Notes: generated by a model not told the origin, from the sequence alone. Counted from the first letter of the stretch, positions 1 through 9,570 are shown. The stretch is 64,000 bases of DNA from Candidatus Woesearchaeota archaeon (GCA_018653365.1 JABIAG010000003.1:32001-96000); one strand, 5' to 3'. Translations and numbers: made by a program.

Positions 1-316
1 CAGTGTCTAAAACTGCCTCTTTTATTCCTGCTTCTAATGCTTTTTTACCTATTAGGTATCCTGTTAGGTAGGCAGCACATAAGTTTTTGGTGGAACCTTT
101 CCAACCTAGTTTTATTAGTGCAGTTGAATCCACGCCTAATTTTACAATGTCTCCTTTAATATCGAATTTGATTACTTGAGTAACGATTTTAGTATTGGTT
201 TTTCTAATTACTAACCTTAGTTTGTTTGAGGTTAAGGTTTTTATTCTCTTATTATAATTAGTTTTACCTTCTCGTCTTCTTCTATATTTTACTATTTGTA
301 TATTACTTTTTTTCAT
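1..316 (-). CDS. rpl18: 50S ribosomal protein uL18 (runs off the window start)
   Basis: Manual translation from ATG 316: MKKSNIQIVKYRRRREGKTNY...LGWKGSTKNLCAAYLTG; follows L19e as expected. Confidence 0.95.
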   Translation of the reverse strand, partial: MKKSNIQIVKYRRRREGKTNYNKRIKTLTSNKLRLVIRKTNTKIVTQVIKFDIKGDIVKLGVDSTALIKLGWKGSTKNLCAAYLTGYLIGKKALEAGIKEAVLDT

Positions 317-761
317 TTTTTAGTATCCCATGTTCTTCGAGGTAAACTTTTATGTGTCTTGCACTTCTGAAAAAGTTTCCTTTACTTTTTTTGTATAATT
401 CTCTGTATGTTGTGGTATCAATTTTTTTATTTTCATATAGTCTTTTAATGAGCGCTCTTTGTTTTCTTATTTTATTAATCCAAGTTCTTTTGGTCTTGGC
501 TCGGGCATTTAAGGTTCCTTTTCTAGAACCGTGTCCTTTTCTTAGTCCTTTTCTTTTTTGTTTTAATGCTTTGTTTGCTCTTGCTCGTGAAACACCCTTT
601 TTTTGTTTGGTTTTTATTGCTTTTGTACCTAGTAATAGTTTAACATCATGTTTTGTGATTGCTTCTTTTATTTCTTCAAGTTTAGTCGGGTCTAGTTTGA
701 TCCTTTTCGGGGAGCATTTCATTACTTTTGCCGCTATTCTTTTTTGTATTTGAGTTACCAT
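303..761 (-). CDS. rpl19e: 50S ribosomal protein eL19
   Basis: QKRIAAKV..., GHGSRKG, WINKIRKQR, LYKKSKGNFF motifs; start set at ATG 761. Confidence 0.95.
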   Translation of the reverse strand: MVTQIQKRIAAKVMKCSPKRIKLDPTKLEEIKEAITKHDVKLLLGTKAIKTKQKKGVSRARANKALKQKRKGLRKGHGSRKGTLNARAKTKRTWINKIRKQRALIKRLYENKKIDTTTYRELYKKSKGNFFRSARHIKVYLEEHGILKNEKK

Positions 762-762
762 T

Positions 763-1338
763 TTATACTGCACCTTTTTTGATTAATGCTTTATCTAGTT
801 CTTTTTTCTTTTCTTCTTCGGTTTTTGTAGTATCTTGTTCAGACGCAGACTTTTCTTTTTCATCTTCTTTCTTTTCTTCTTTTTCAGCTTTTACTTTTTT
901 AGCCTTTTTGTCTGCTTTTGCTTTTTGTTCTTCTTTTTTAGATTTTAATTTTTCTTCTGCTTTTTTGATAAATTCTTCAGTATAGTTTGCAAGTTTGATT
1001 TTTTTCTCTGTTGCTTTTTTGATTATGTCTATTTTTTTTCTTGCTCCTACTGTTGAGCCGATTACTCCAACCATTCCTTCTTTTATTAGGTTTAAGTCGT
1101 TTATGTTACAAACAAGGATCTCTTTTAATCCCTCTCTGTTTAGTCCTCGAACAGCTTTTGGTGATTTGTATCCTACTTTTACAAGTTTACCTTTGCCTCT
1201 TAGTTGTAATCTTAATTTGGAGTCGATTCCTCTTGGTTTTCTCCAATTTTTTGCTAATCTTTTTTTCTTGTGAGTGTCCTGTCTAATGAAAGTTGGTTTT
1301 TTCTTTTTCATTTGATTTCGTAGGTCTATTTGTTTCAT
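763..1338 (-). CDS. rpl32e: 50S ribosomal protein eL32 with K/E-rich C-terminal tail
   Basis: KKPTFIRQD, WRKPRGIDSKLR, GYKSPKAVRGL. Confidence 0.95.
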   Translation of the reverse strand: MKQIDLRNQMKKKKPTFIRQDTHKKKRLAKNWRKPRGIDSKLRLQLRGKGKLVKVGYKSPKAVRGLNREGLKEILVCNINDLNLIKEGMVGVIGSTVGARKKIDIIKKATEKKIKLANYTEEFIKKAEEKLKSKKEEQKAKADKKAKKVKAEKEEKKEDEKEKSASEQDTTKTEEEKKKELDKALIKKGAV

Positions 1339-1889
1339 TTGATCGGTACTCCTGCTTTTTCTATTATGTAAATTCCATCCATGAAGATTCTTCTATCGAA
1401 TCTTGGTCTTTTTACCATTTTTTCGATGTCTGCAGCTATTTGTCCTGCACATTCTTTGTTTGGAGATGTAACAGTAATTATTTCACCCTCAATTTTTACG
1501 TCAGCGCCTTCTTTGATTTTGAGTACTCTTGATACTTTTTCTCCAATGAAGTTAGTTACCTCTATTTCTTGTCCTTTTAGTGCAACTCCCATTGGGAAGT
1601 GTGAAGAGCAAATTTTTAGTTTGTATACGTAAGGTTCTTTTACACCTTTTATCATATTTTTGATGTGTGATTCTAATGTGTTAATTAACTTTTTTTCAGT
1701 TTTTGATGATTTTTTCACGTTTGGTTTTAGGATTACTTTGCCCTCTTTTACTTCTGCAGTTAATCTTTTTGTTGTGATCTTCTTACTGATTTCTGCATCA
1801 CCTTTTACAGTTACAATTCTTTCAGCTATTGTAATTGTTATTCCTTCGGGGATTAGTACTTCCCTTATTAGTGTTTTTTTATTTTCCAT
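1335..1889 (-). CDS. rpl6: 50S ribosomal protein uL6
   Basis: HIKNMIKGV, SHFPM, NFIGEK, DRRIFMDGIYI. Confidence 0.95.
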   Translation of the reverse strand: MENKKTLIREVLIPEGITITIAERIVTVKGDAEISKKITTKRLTAEVKEGKVILKPNVKKSSKTEKKLINTLESHIKNMIKGVKEPYVYKLKICSSHFPMGVALKGQEIEVTNFIGEKVSRVLKIKEGADVKIEGEIITVTSPNKECAGQIAADIEKMVKRPRFDRRIFMDGIYIIEKAGVPIK

Positions 1890-1891
1890 CT

Positions 1892-2281
1892 TTAGTAACA
1901 ATAAGCTAGTAGTTTGCCCCCTATTTTTTTCTTTCGTGCATCATCATTTGTTAGTATTCCTTGTGATGTTGAAATGATTATTATCCCGAAATCTTTTGCA
2001 GGCAGGAATCTTTTTTCGAATTTTTCAATTTCTTCGAATTTTATGGCATATCTTGGTTTTATTGCGCCACATTTGTTAACTTTTCCTATTAGGTTTAAGG
2101 TTAGTTTTGTTCCGCCAATTTCTTGAACTTTTTCAAAACTTCCTATGTATCCTTTTTTACTTATGATTTCTAGTGCTGCCTCTATTATTTTTGAGGTTGG
2201 TTTTATCTCTACTGTTGGCTTTCCTATTTTTTCCGCGTTTAGTATTGCGGATAATGCATCTGCTAGTGTATCATTTAACAT
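1892..2281 (-). CDS. rps8: 30S ribosomal protein uS8
   Basis: DTLADAL, NKCGAIKPR, STSQGI, IGGKLLAYCY. Confidence 0.97.
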   Translation of the reverse strand: MLNDTLADALSAILNAEKIGKPTVEIKPTSKIIEAALEIISKKGYIGSFEKVQEIGGTKLTLNLIGKVNKCGAIKPRYAIKFEEIEKFEKRFLPAKDFGIIIISTSQGILTNDDARKKKIGGKLLAYCY

Positions 2282-2290
2282 TTTTTTTCC

Positions 2291-2521
2291 TCAACTATAT
2301 TGTTTAAATCCAATGTCTTCAGCGTGATCTCTGAAACATTGTCTACATAAGTGTAATCCATATTTTGATATGTGTGCTCGGGTTCTATTACATTTAACAC
2401 ATTTTTTTAGGCTTATTCCACAACTTCTGTCTTTTGGAGAGTTATGTTTTATGTATTTCTTTAATTTAGCTGGTTTTTTCTTCAGCTGTTTAAAGACTTT
2501 TTTGTAGTCTGTTGCAGTCAT
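2291..2521 (-). CDS. rps14: 30S ribosomal protein uS14 (Zn-binding, N-terminally extended)
   Basis: CxxC...HISKYGLHLCRQCFR..AEDIGFKQY. Confidence 0.95.
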   Translation of the reverse strand: MTATDYKKVFKQLKKKPAKLKKYIKHNSPKDRSCGISLKKCVKCNRTRAHISKYGLHLCRQCFRDHAEDIGFKQYS

Positions 2522-3033
2522 TCTTCTGCCTCCATTGTTACTTTATAATTTTCTTTCATGAATTTTATTGCATCGTCTTTGTTGATCTTGTGTTTTTGTG
2601 CTACTTTCTTCTTTTGAGTTTTTCTGTTTTTGATTCTGTAACCTGGTCTTTGTAATGTGATACATACTTGTAATCCAAGGGTTCCAATTTCAGGAGCGTA
2701 TTTTAGTCCGGGTATGTCAATGTATTCGCTAATTCCAAAAGAGATACTTCCATTTTGATCAAAATTATTTTCGCCAAGTACAAAGTCTTTAGCTTCAACC
2801 ATTCTTTTTAATACTTCTTCTGCAACCTTTTTTCTTAGTGTGATTTTACATCCAATTGGTAGTCCAGGTCTTAATCCCCAGCCTGCAATTCTTTTTTGTG
2901 TTATGGTCTTAATTGGTGTTTTTTGTGTTATGATTTGTAATAGCTTTAGACCTTTTTCTAGTTGGTCTTGGCTTTTTCCAGTCCCTATATTAAGGGTAAC
3001 CTTTTCTACTTTTACTGCTTGCATCGGATTCAT
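2518..3033 (-). CDS. rpl5: 50S ribosomal protein uL5
   Basis: MNPM..KVTLNIG, PIGCKITLR, NFDQNGSISFGI, RPGYRI. Confidence 0.97.
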   Translation of the reverse strand: MNPMQAVKVEKVTLNIGTGKSQDQLEKGLKLLQIITQKTPIKTITQKRIAGWGLRPGLPIGCKITLRKKVAEEVLKRMVEAKDFVLGENNFDQNGSISFGISEYIDIPGLKYAPEIGTLGLQVCITLQRPGYRIKNRKTQKKKVAQKHKINKDDAIKFMKENYKVTMEAEE

Positions 3034-3719
3034 TTTATCTTAACGTATGTTTTACCTTTTCCCACTACATATGCGTGGGTTTTTATAGTTTCAAATACTT
3101 CATTTTTTTCATTTTTGAATACTAATTTATTTCCTTCTACGCTTTCTACAATTCCAACAGTTCCGATGTGTTTTCCACCAGTTAGTAATATGTTGGCACC
3201 TTTTTCAAAGTTGAATTGTTCTAATATTTTTTGAGTTGGAACTTCTATTGCTACAGTTGCTTTTACTTTTACATCTGTTTTTTCTACTAGGATGTTTCGG
3301 CCATCGAATAGGTTTAGTTGTATTTTTTTTCCAACCATTACTTTGCCTTTAACTTTGTTTAATTTGATTTTTGCTTCTTTTTCATCAATTTCTATTAGGT
3401 TTAGTTTTCCTCGATCATCCAGGATTATTCTATAATTTTTTTTGATTTTTGGGAAACTAATTGTGTCCATTAGTCCAACCATTCTTTTGTGATCTTTTGT
3501 TTGTTTTCCATCAACAAGTACTTCTTGGTGGTGTAGTATGTCTCGGATTTCTTTTCTTGTTTTTCCGATTTTTAATAGGTCTCTTAATGCTAAAACTAGG
3601 GGAATCCCATATTCCATGGAGTGACTTCCAGGTTTTGGTTTTGCCACATACTTTTCTTCTTTTTTCTGGATCTTCCAGTTTTTGCTTGTTGCTATTCGTT
3701 TTAAGTGATTTTTTACCAT
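3030..3719 (-). CDS. rps4e: 30S ribosomal protein eS4
   Basis: HLKRIA..W, PKPGSH, VGLMDTI, TGGKHIG; start set at ATG 3719. Confidence 0.95.
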   Translation of the reverse strand: MVKNHLKRIATSKNWKIQKKEEKYVAKPKPGSHSMEYGIPLVLALRDLLKIGKTRKEIRDILHHQEVLVDGKQTKDHKRMVGLMDTISFPKIKKNYRIILDDRGKLNLIEIDEKEAKIKLNKVKGKVMVGKKIQLNLFDGRNILVEKTDVKVKATVAIEVPTQKILEQFNFEKGANILLTGGKHIGTVGIVESVEGNKLVFKNEKNEVFETIKTHAYVVGKGKTYVKIK

Positions 3720-3720
3720 T

Positions 3721-4266
3721 TTAGTTTTCCTTTTTTTCTTCTGTTTTTTTAACAGGTTTTGTTTCGACTTTAGTCGTGCCAGAAGTTTTCTTCTGTTCAC
3801 TTTCTTTCTTTTCTGTTGTCTTGGGTTTTTCCCGAGGCTCAGAAGCTTTTTCTTCTGTTTTCTTAGGCTTTGCCTGAGTAGTTTTTGATTCTGATTGGAT
3901 TGTTTTCATTCTTTTTTTGTCTTCTAAGTTTAGTTCCATTATCATGATGTTTGAGGGTTCTAAAGGGTATAATGATCTGCTTCCGTCTCTTTTTTTGAAG
4001 TCTAATCCTTGTATGTAGATTTTTGTGTGTTGTACACTTACTTTTTCTACACTACCTGTTTTTCCTTTGTGTTTTCCTCTCATTACTTTTACTTTGTCAC
4101 CTTTTTTTATGCCAATTGTTCGAATTTTATGTTGGGTTCTTAGTTCTTTACAAAGATGCCCTCCTAAAAACTTCTTTTTGATATGTAATGGAGCATTATG
4201 TCTATACTTTCTTTGTTTTCTTGGTTGTGTACTGTTTTTCCAAGTTGTTGAAAATGTAGTTTTCAT
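3721..4266 (-). CDS. rpl24: 50S ribosomal protein uL24 with charged C-terminal tail
   Basis: STQPRKQRKYRHNAPLH, KGDKVKVMRGKHKG (KOW motif). Confidence 0.96.
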   Translation of the reverse strand: MKTTFSTTWKNSTQPRKQRKYRHNAPLHIKKKFLGGHLCKELRTQHKIRTIGIKKGDKVKVMRGKHKGKTGSVEKVSVQHTKIYIQGLDFKKRDGSRSLYPLEPSNIMIMELNLEDKKRMKTIQSESKTTQAKPKKTEEKASEPREKPKTTEKKESEQKKTSGTTKVETKPVKKTEEKKEN

Positions 4267-4267
4267 T

Positions 4268-4669
4268 TTATACTGTTATCCTCGCTAATTTTGATATTGC
4301 AGGCCATCTTTCGCATACTTCTTTTGCGATTGGTCCTTTGAACATTGTTCCTTTTGGATTTCCTTGATCGTCTTTTAAAATTACTACTGCGTTATCTTCA
4401 AATTTTACTCTTGTTCCATCTTTTCTTCGGAATTCTTTTCTTTGTCTTACAACAACTGCATTGAATACTTGTTTTCTCATATCTGGTCGTCCTTTTTTTA
4501 CTGTTACTACAACCATGTCGCCAATTCCTGCAGCAGGTAATCTTCCTTTTACTGTTTTTCCTCTTTTTACTCCAAATATTTGAACGAGTTTTGCTCCAGA
4601 GTTGTCACAAGGTTCAACTTTTGTTCCTACGTTTAGTCCTCTTGTTACTCTAGCGCTTATTGCTTTCAT
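4268..4669 (-). CDS. rpl14: 50S ribosomal protein uL14
   Basis: CDNSGAK, VKFEDNAVV, KGPIAKE. Confidence 0.97.
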   Translation of the reverse strand: MKAISARVTRGLNVGTKVEPCDNSGAKLVQIFGVKRGKTVKGRLPAAGIGDMVVVTVKKGRPDMRKQVFNAVVVRQRKEFRRKDGTRVKFEDNAVVILKDDQGNPKGTMFKGPIAKEVCERWPAISKLARITV

Positions 4670-5130
4670 TCTTCTTTTACCTTTGATTCAGATTCTTTTG
4701 ATTCTGTTTCTTCAACTTCTTCTTCAGTTTCTTTTTTCTTTTCTGTTCTTTCACTTCTTGTTCTTCCTTCTTCAAGTGCTTCTTTTCGTTCTTCGTAGTG
4801 TTTTTCTTTTCCTTGATTTTCGACAATTACGTGATGAACAGTTTTTGATAAGGGTCTTGTTGCAAATACTTTTACAATGTCTCCCTCTTTTGCGTGTATA
4901 CATTCAGGGTTGTGAACGGTGATTCTGGTTTTTTTCTTTGTGTACCTTTCATATTTTGGTATTGGTACTTTTCTTGTCCATTCTATTACTGCTGAATTGT
5001 GCATTTTTGCTTGAACTACTGTTCCAACAAATGATTTTTTCTTTACATTGATGTTTCCATGGAATGGACATTTTTGATCTGTACATTCCTTTTCAGGTCC
5101 TTTTATTCCAAATATTTCGTTTGTTTTCAT
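4666..5130 (-). CDS. rps17: 30S ribosomal protein uS17 with acidic tail
   Basis: CTDQKCPFHG, PKYERY, VHNPEC, TRPLSKT. Confidence 0.96.
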   Translation of the reverse strand: MKTNEIFGIKGPEKECTDQKCPFHGNINVKKKSFVGTVVQAKMHNSAVIEWTRKVPIPKYERYTKKKTRITVHNPECIHAKEGDIVKVFATRPLSKTVHHVIVENQGKEKHYEERKEALEEGRTRSERTEKKKETEEEVEETESKESESKVKEE

Positions 5131-5396
5131 TTTAGTGATACTCTTTCTTCGGGTCTTTTTTCAAGAAGTCTGCCCTCTATTAAAAACGTTTGCCCTTTGT
5201 TTTCGATTTCGAATGTGTTTTGTTGTTTTATCATTTTTTTGTTTCCGTTTTTTGTTTTGATTGTGATTGTACTTTTTGTTTCATCGACAATTTTGCCAGT
5301 GATTCCTTTGTTGGATGGGTTGTTGCTTTCAACAACTTTTACTTGTTTTCCTATGATCTCTTGTGTTATCATTTTCTTTTCCTGAAAATGATTCAA
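5127..5396 (-). CDS. rnp1: RNase P protein component 1 (Rpp29/Pop4)
   Basis: EIIGKQVKVV, GITGKIVDETK, RPEER; usual position between SUI1 and S17; start may be 5372. Confidence 0.9.
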   Translation of the reverse strand: MNHFQEKKMITQEIIGKQVKVVESNNPSNKGITGKIVDETKSTITIKTKNGNKKMIKQQNTFEIENKGQTFLIEGRLLEKRPEERVSLK

Positions 5397-5418
5397 AAAT
5401 CATTTTTGATTTTTGTTA

Positions 5419-5754
5419 TCATCGGGTTTTTGGTTTTCGTGTGAAACTTTTAACTTCGATTGTTTCAGGTGCAAATCCGATTTTGATTAGTTCTTCTTTG
5501 ACCTTTTGTTGATGATTTCCTTGTAACTCAATTTTTCCATCTTTTGCTGTGCCTCCGCACGCAAATTTCCCTTTGAGTTGTTTTGCAAGGTTTCTAATGT
5601 TAATTTCTTTGTCGTCTACGCCTTCAACAATTGTGTATGGTTTTCCGAATTTTTTCTTGACCATACTTACAACAATCTTTTGTGTTTCTTTTGCTATGCT
5701 TTCACACATACAAAGTTCTTTTGGAAGTCCACACATGGTGCATATTTCGCTCAT
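5419..5754 (-). CDS. sui1: Translation initiation factor SUI1 (aIF1)
   Basis: CGLPKELC, LKGKFACGGT, IELQGNH. Confidence 0.95.
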   Translation of the reverse strand: MSEICTMCGLPKELCMCESIAKETQKIVVSMVKKKFGKPYTIVEGVDDKEINIRNLAKQLKGKFACGGTAKDGKIELQGNHQQKVKEELIKIGFAPETIEVKSFTRKPKTR

Positions 5755-5966
5755 TGCTTATCTTCAGCCTCTTTTTCAAGTTTTCTTGAATTGGTGATTG
5801 TTAATATTTTTGCGATTGTTTTCTTTCTTTGTTTTAACATTCCTGGACTTTTTGGTGGAGTCCCTGTGGATATTTGCGAGTAGTCCTGCATTAACTCTTT
5901 TTTTAATTCTTTTAACTTATTTTGCAAGTCAGCATTATTTAAATCGCGAAGTTCTTTGGATTTCAT
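5751..5966 (-). CDS. rpl29: 50S ribosomal protein uL29
   Basis: ELRDL, LKELKKEL, RKKTIAKILT. Confidence 0.93.
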   Translation of the reverse strand: MKSKELRDLNNADLQNKLKELKKELMQDYSQISTGTPPKSPGMLKQRKKTIAKILTITNSRKLEKEAEDKQ

Positions 5967-6733
5967 TATTTTTTAGCCTCTTTTTTCTTTTTTGATTCTT
6001 TTTTCTTGGGCTTTGCTTGAGAGTCATCACTTTTCGGTTCACTTTTTTTAGTTTCTTTTTTCTTTGAACTTTTTTCGTCTGATTTTTTTGTTATTTCTTC
6101 TTCTTTGATATCTTCAGATTCTTCGATTGTTTCTAGTTCTTCTCTTAATTCTACTTTATCAGGTAGTTCTACATCACCGGGCATGATTCTTACCTGGATT
6201 CCCACAGTTCCACTTTTTAGGTTTGCAACTGTGTATGCTTTTAAAACTCCTATTTTTGCGATATGTCCTGATTTTTTCAAGTAGCCTTGATAGAATCTCC
6301 ATCTTTTTGCTCTTGAACTTGGAATTTTTCCTGAAATTAATATTTCAGTTCCTAGTGCACCTGCTTTCATTATTGCTTCTAGTACTTTATGACCTATTGA
6401 TTTAAATCGTCCCGATCCAAATCTTTCTAGTGTTGTTGCGATTCTTTCTGCAACGATTTTTGGATCTAGGTCTGGTTGTTGTACTTCTTCAATTTCGATT
6501 TGTGGATTTTCTAGGTTGAATCGTTTTTTTAGTTGTGTTGTTAGTAATTTGATATTTTCCCCTTTTCTTCCTACTACTAGTCCTGGTTTGGATGCTGTGA
6601 TTAGTATTTTTTCCCCTAGTGGAGTTTTCTTAAGTTTAACATTTGATTGTCCTGCTCTTTTTAGGACCTCATTTACGTATTCTTTTATCAAATACTCTTT
6701 CAGGTTTTCTGATACAAATTTTCTTTCAATCAT
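5966..6733 (-). CDS. rps3: 30S ribosomal protein uS3 with charged tail
   Basis: KPGLVVGRKGENI KH domain, GALGTEILISGK, GTVGIQVRIM. Confidence 0.97.
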   Translation of the reverse strand: MIERKFVSENLKEYLIKEYVNEVLKRAGQSNVKLKKTPLGEKILITASKPGLVVGRKGENIKLLTTQLKKRFNLENPQIEIEEVQQPDLDPKIVAERIATTLERFGSGRFKSIGHKVLEAIMKAGALGTEILISGKIPSSRAKRWRFYQGYLKKSGHIAKIGVLKAYTVANLKSGTVGIQVRIMPGDVELPDKVELREELETIEESEDIKEEEITKKSDEKSSKKKETKKSEPKSDDSQAKPKKKESKKKKEAKK

Positions 6734-7419
6734 TTTTTAATTTCCTCTGCTTGATCTTTAGGAGCTTCAGTTTTTTCTTCTGTTTTTTTAACAGGTTTTG
6801 TTTCAACTTTAGTCGTGTCAGAAGGTTTCTTCTGTTCACTTTCTTTTGATTCTGTTTTCTTAGGCTCTGCCTGAGATTCAGAATCTTTTGATTCTGTTTT
6901 AGGAGTTTCAGTTTTTTCTTCAACCTTTTTTTCTACCGTGGTTTCTGTTTTTTTCTCGGTTGTTCCTTTTTTTGCAATCTTTTTATCGTCTTTTTTTGTT
7001 ATTTCTTCAACAACGATTTCAATATGTGTTGATTTAGTTTTAAGACCTCTCCGTCTTCCGTAATGGTAACTTCTTGATCCTTGATTTGGGATCATGGTTT
7101 TAATAATTAAACTGTCTGTGTTTAATCCTTTTGAGTTTGCATTTGCTTCAGCACTTTTTAATACGTTTAGTATGAATGTTGCTGCTTTGATTGGGTAATT
7201 TCCTGGACCAATTCCTTTTTTGTGACCTACGCTTGCAATTTTTCTACAAGGGACTGCTATTTTCATTAGGATAACATCTTCTAGCATTTTTTTTGCTCTT
7301 TGAACGTCTTTTCCTTTTATGAAATTGCTAATTTCTAAACTTGCTTTTCTTGAAATAGGTAATCCTATTCCGATTGCAATCGCTTCTCTTTCACTTAATT
7401 GTTTTGTTGTTCTCGTCAT
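6730..7419 (-). CDS. rpl22: 50S ribosomal protein uL22 with long charged tail
   Basis: ISRKASLEI, GNYPIKAA, SAEANA, THIEIVVEE. Confidence 0.95.
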   Translation of the reverse strand: MTRTTKQLSEREAIAIGIGLPISRKASLEISNFIKGKDVQRAKKMLEDVILMKIAVPCRKIASVGHKKGIGPGNYPIKAATFILNVLKSAEANANSKGLNTDSLIIKTMIPNQGSRSYHYGRRRGLKTKSTHIEIVVEEITKKDDKKIAKKGTTEKKTETTVEKKVEEKTETPKTESKDSESQAEPKKTESKESEQKKPSDTTKVETKPVKKTEEKTEAPKDQAEEIKK

Positions 7420-7799
7420 TTAACTGATACCGCACTACTTGATCTTGTTGCACCTACTCCTGGAGCTGAGTGTGCTAGTCTTTTTCTTGTTAATACAAAG
7501 TCGCCCAGTCTATATCCGATCATTTCTTCGGTTATGATTATTTTTTCAAAGCTTTTTCCTGAGTATACTGAAATTGTTTTGTCTATCATTGAAGGGAGTA
7601 TGATTATTCCTCTGCTATGAGTTTTTAGTTTTCCATTTCCTTTTTCTAAAGCAGTCATGAATTTTTTTTGTTCATCTGTTAGTCCTCTTGTTAGAGTTCT
7701 TCTTGCTCTTGTTGGAAGTAATGTTATGAATTCTTTTAGCGGCATTGCCTTTAATTCTTCTGTTGTTTTTCCTCTGTATTTGAATATTTTTTTTGCCAT
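7416..7799 (-). CDS. rps19: 30S ribosomal protein uS19
   Basis: FKYRGKT, EMIGYRLGDF, PGVGATRSS. Confidence 0.97.
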   Translation of the reverse strand: MAKKIFKYRGKTTEELKAMPLKEFITLLPTRARRTLTRGLTDEQKKFMTALEKGNGKLKTHSRGIIILPSMIDKTISVYSGKSFEKIIITEEMIGYRLGDFVLTRKRLAHSAPGVGATRSSSAVSVK

Positions 7800-7804
7800 T
7801 TTAT

Positions 7805-8506
7805 TTACCTTTTCATTCCTGTTCTGCTTGGTGCAATTTTACCAACTTTTCTTCCAGCTGGTGCATGTCTTGATACGTGCATTGGTCTTCCTTTAACATG
7901 TGAACATTTTCCACCGAATGGATGGTCTACTGCATTCATAGATATTCCACAAACTTTTGGATATTGTTTGTGATGTGCTTTCATGTATTTGAAGTTGTTT
8001 CCTGCTTTCATTAGTGGTTTTTCTGTTCTTCCACCGCCAGCAATTACTCCTATGGTTGCTCGGCATTCTTGATTAAATAATTTGATTTTTTTGGAGGGCA
8101 GTATTACAGTTATTCCTTTGCTTGTTTTTTGTGATACTCTTGCAAAGTTTCCTGATGCTCGTACAAATTTTCCACCATCTCCTTGTTGTTTTTCAATGTT
8201 ATAAATGTAAGTTCCTTCTGGAATGTCTTTTAATGATAAACAATTACCTACTTTTACTGTTGTAGTTTCATATTCGATCTCGTCACCAACTCTTATACCT
8301 TCAGGTGCGATTAAAAGCACTTCTTCATTTCCAAATTTAGTTTTTAGTAATGGTGCTGAATGAATTTTGTTTGTGATTATATCTAATACTATTCCAGTTT
8401 TTTCACTATTAAGTTTAGCGTGTCTTGCTTTTCCTTTTGACTGGTGTTTTAGTGATTCATGTATTGAACCTTTTCCCCGTCTTTGTTGTAATAGTCGTTT
8501 TCCCAT
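7805..8506 (-). CDS. rpl2: 50S ribosomal protein uL2
   Basis: MGKRLLQQRRGKG, MNAVDHPFGG, GRKVGKIA. Confidence 0.97.
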   Translation of the reverse strand: MGKRLLQQRRGKGSIHESLKHQSKGKARHAKLNSEKTGIVLDIITNKIHSAPLLKTKFGNEEVLLIAPEGIRVGDEIEYETTTVKVGNCLSLKDIPEGTYIYNIEKQQGDGGKFVRASGNFARVSQKTSKGITVILPSKKIKLFNQECRATIGVIAGGGRTEKPLMKAGNNFKYMKAHHKQYPKVCGISMNAVDHPFGGKCSHVKGRPMHVSRHAPAGRKVGKIAPSRTGMKR

Positions 8507-8507
8507 T

Positions 8508-8768
8508 TTAGATCATTCCCAATTCTGTTGCAATATCCATTGCAGGATTTTCATCTGCTAATTTTACATATGCTCTTTTTTTTCCTTTTCTTGATATGTA
8601 TGTGTTAACTTTTCGAACTTTAACTTTGAACATTTCTTCTACTGCTTTTTTTACTTCAGTTTTTGTTGCTTTAATGTCCACGTCAAATAGTAATTTGTTT
8701 TCAGCTTCCATTAGTCTGATTGCTTTTTCCGTGGATACAGGATTTTTAATTATGTCGTGTGATTCCAT
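8508..8768 (-). CDS. rpl23: 50S ribosomal protein uL23
   Basis: PVSTEKA, ENKLLF, KKRAYVKL; start set at ATG 8768. Confidence 0.96.
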   Translation of the reverse strand: MESHDIIKNPVSTEKAIRLMEAENKLLFDVDIKATKTEVKKAVEEMFKVKVRKVNTYISRKGKKRAYVKLADENPAMDIATELGMI

Positions 8769-8769
8769 T

Positions 8770-9570
8770 TTATATGAATAATTTATCCTCACTAATTTTT
8801 TTGATTGAATCTTCGCTGAATAGTACTAATCTTCCTGCTTCTGCGCCAGGGGCTAGTATTTTTGCGTTTATTTCGTTCACTTTTGCAATTTCTACGCCTG
8901 GAACATTTTTTACTCTTTCAACTTCACACTCTTTTGATACCACAATTAGGGGTCCTGTTTTTGTTTTGTATTTTCTTCCTCGCATGGTTCCTTTTCCTGC
9001 TCGGATTTTTTTTACTTTAACTCGGTCTAATTCTTTTTCAAGTCCGAATGATTTTAAGGCTTTGATTAATTCAGATGTTTTCTTTATATTTTCAATTCCA
9101 CTTTCAATTATGAAAGGATATTTTTCAGGTACTTGATGTTTTGTTTCAACTACCTCTTTCATTAGTGTTGCGGATAGTGCGCACCTGATTGCTTTTCTTC
9201 TTTCTTTTTTATTGATATCTTTGATTATGATTTTTTCTGCTTTTGGTGAGTGTGCTTTTCTTCCGCCAACAGTTCCTGGTGCGCTTGCTCCTACCCAGTT
9301 AAATCTTGTTCCTCTGCTGGTTAGAACTTTTCTTGGTACTCTCGAAATTCCAATTCCATAAGCTCCTCTATAATTATGTCTTCGTCTTGATACTTTTGAA
9401 GATGATCTCATTCCTGCACCTGGTTTTGAACCATAGGGTTGGATTGTTTTGGAGTTTACTGCAATGAATGCTCTTTTGATTAGATTTGGTCTTAGTTCTT
9501 CATTGAACTGTTTAGGCATATCTATAGTTCCTTTATTTTCGCCTTTTAAGTTTAGTATGTTTAGTTTCAT
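8770..9570 (-). CDS. rpl4: 50S ribosomal protein uL4
   Basis: GISRVPR, PGTVGGRKAH, RAGKGTMRGR, LAPGA. Confidence 0.97.
   Translation of the reverse strand: MKLNILNLKGENKGTIDMPKQFNEELRPNLIKRAFIAVNSKTIQPYGSKPGAGMRSSSKVSRRRHNYRGAYGIGISRVPRKVLTSRGTRFNWVGASAPGTVGGRKAHSPKAEKIIIKDINKKERRKAIRCALSATLMKEVVETKHQVPEKYPFIIESGIENIKKTSELIKALKSFGLEKELDRVKVKKIRAGKGTMRGRKYKTKTGPLIVVSKECEVERVKNVPGVEIAKVNEINAKILAPGAEAGRLVLFSEDSIKKISEDKLFI

Noticed and set aside
3720-3800. N-terminal extension of eS4 and the similar 65-aa ORF at 6726-6923
   Set aside because: Both are alternative-frame readings of the shared uL24/uL22 tail block; eS4 homology starts at ATG 3719
352-9136. Many Phe/Leu/Ser-rich plus-strand ORFs, and similar ones elsewhere in the window
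   Set aside because: Antisense shadows of Lys/Glu-rich genes with no motifs
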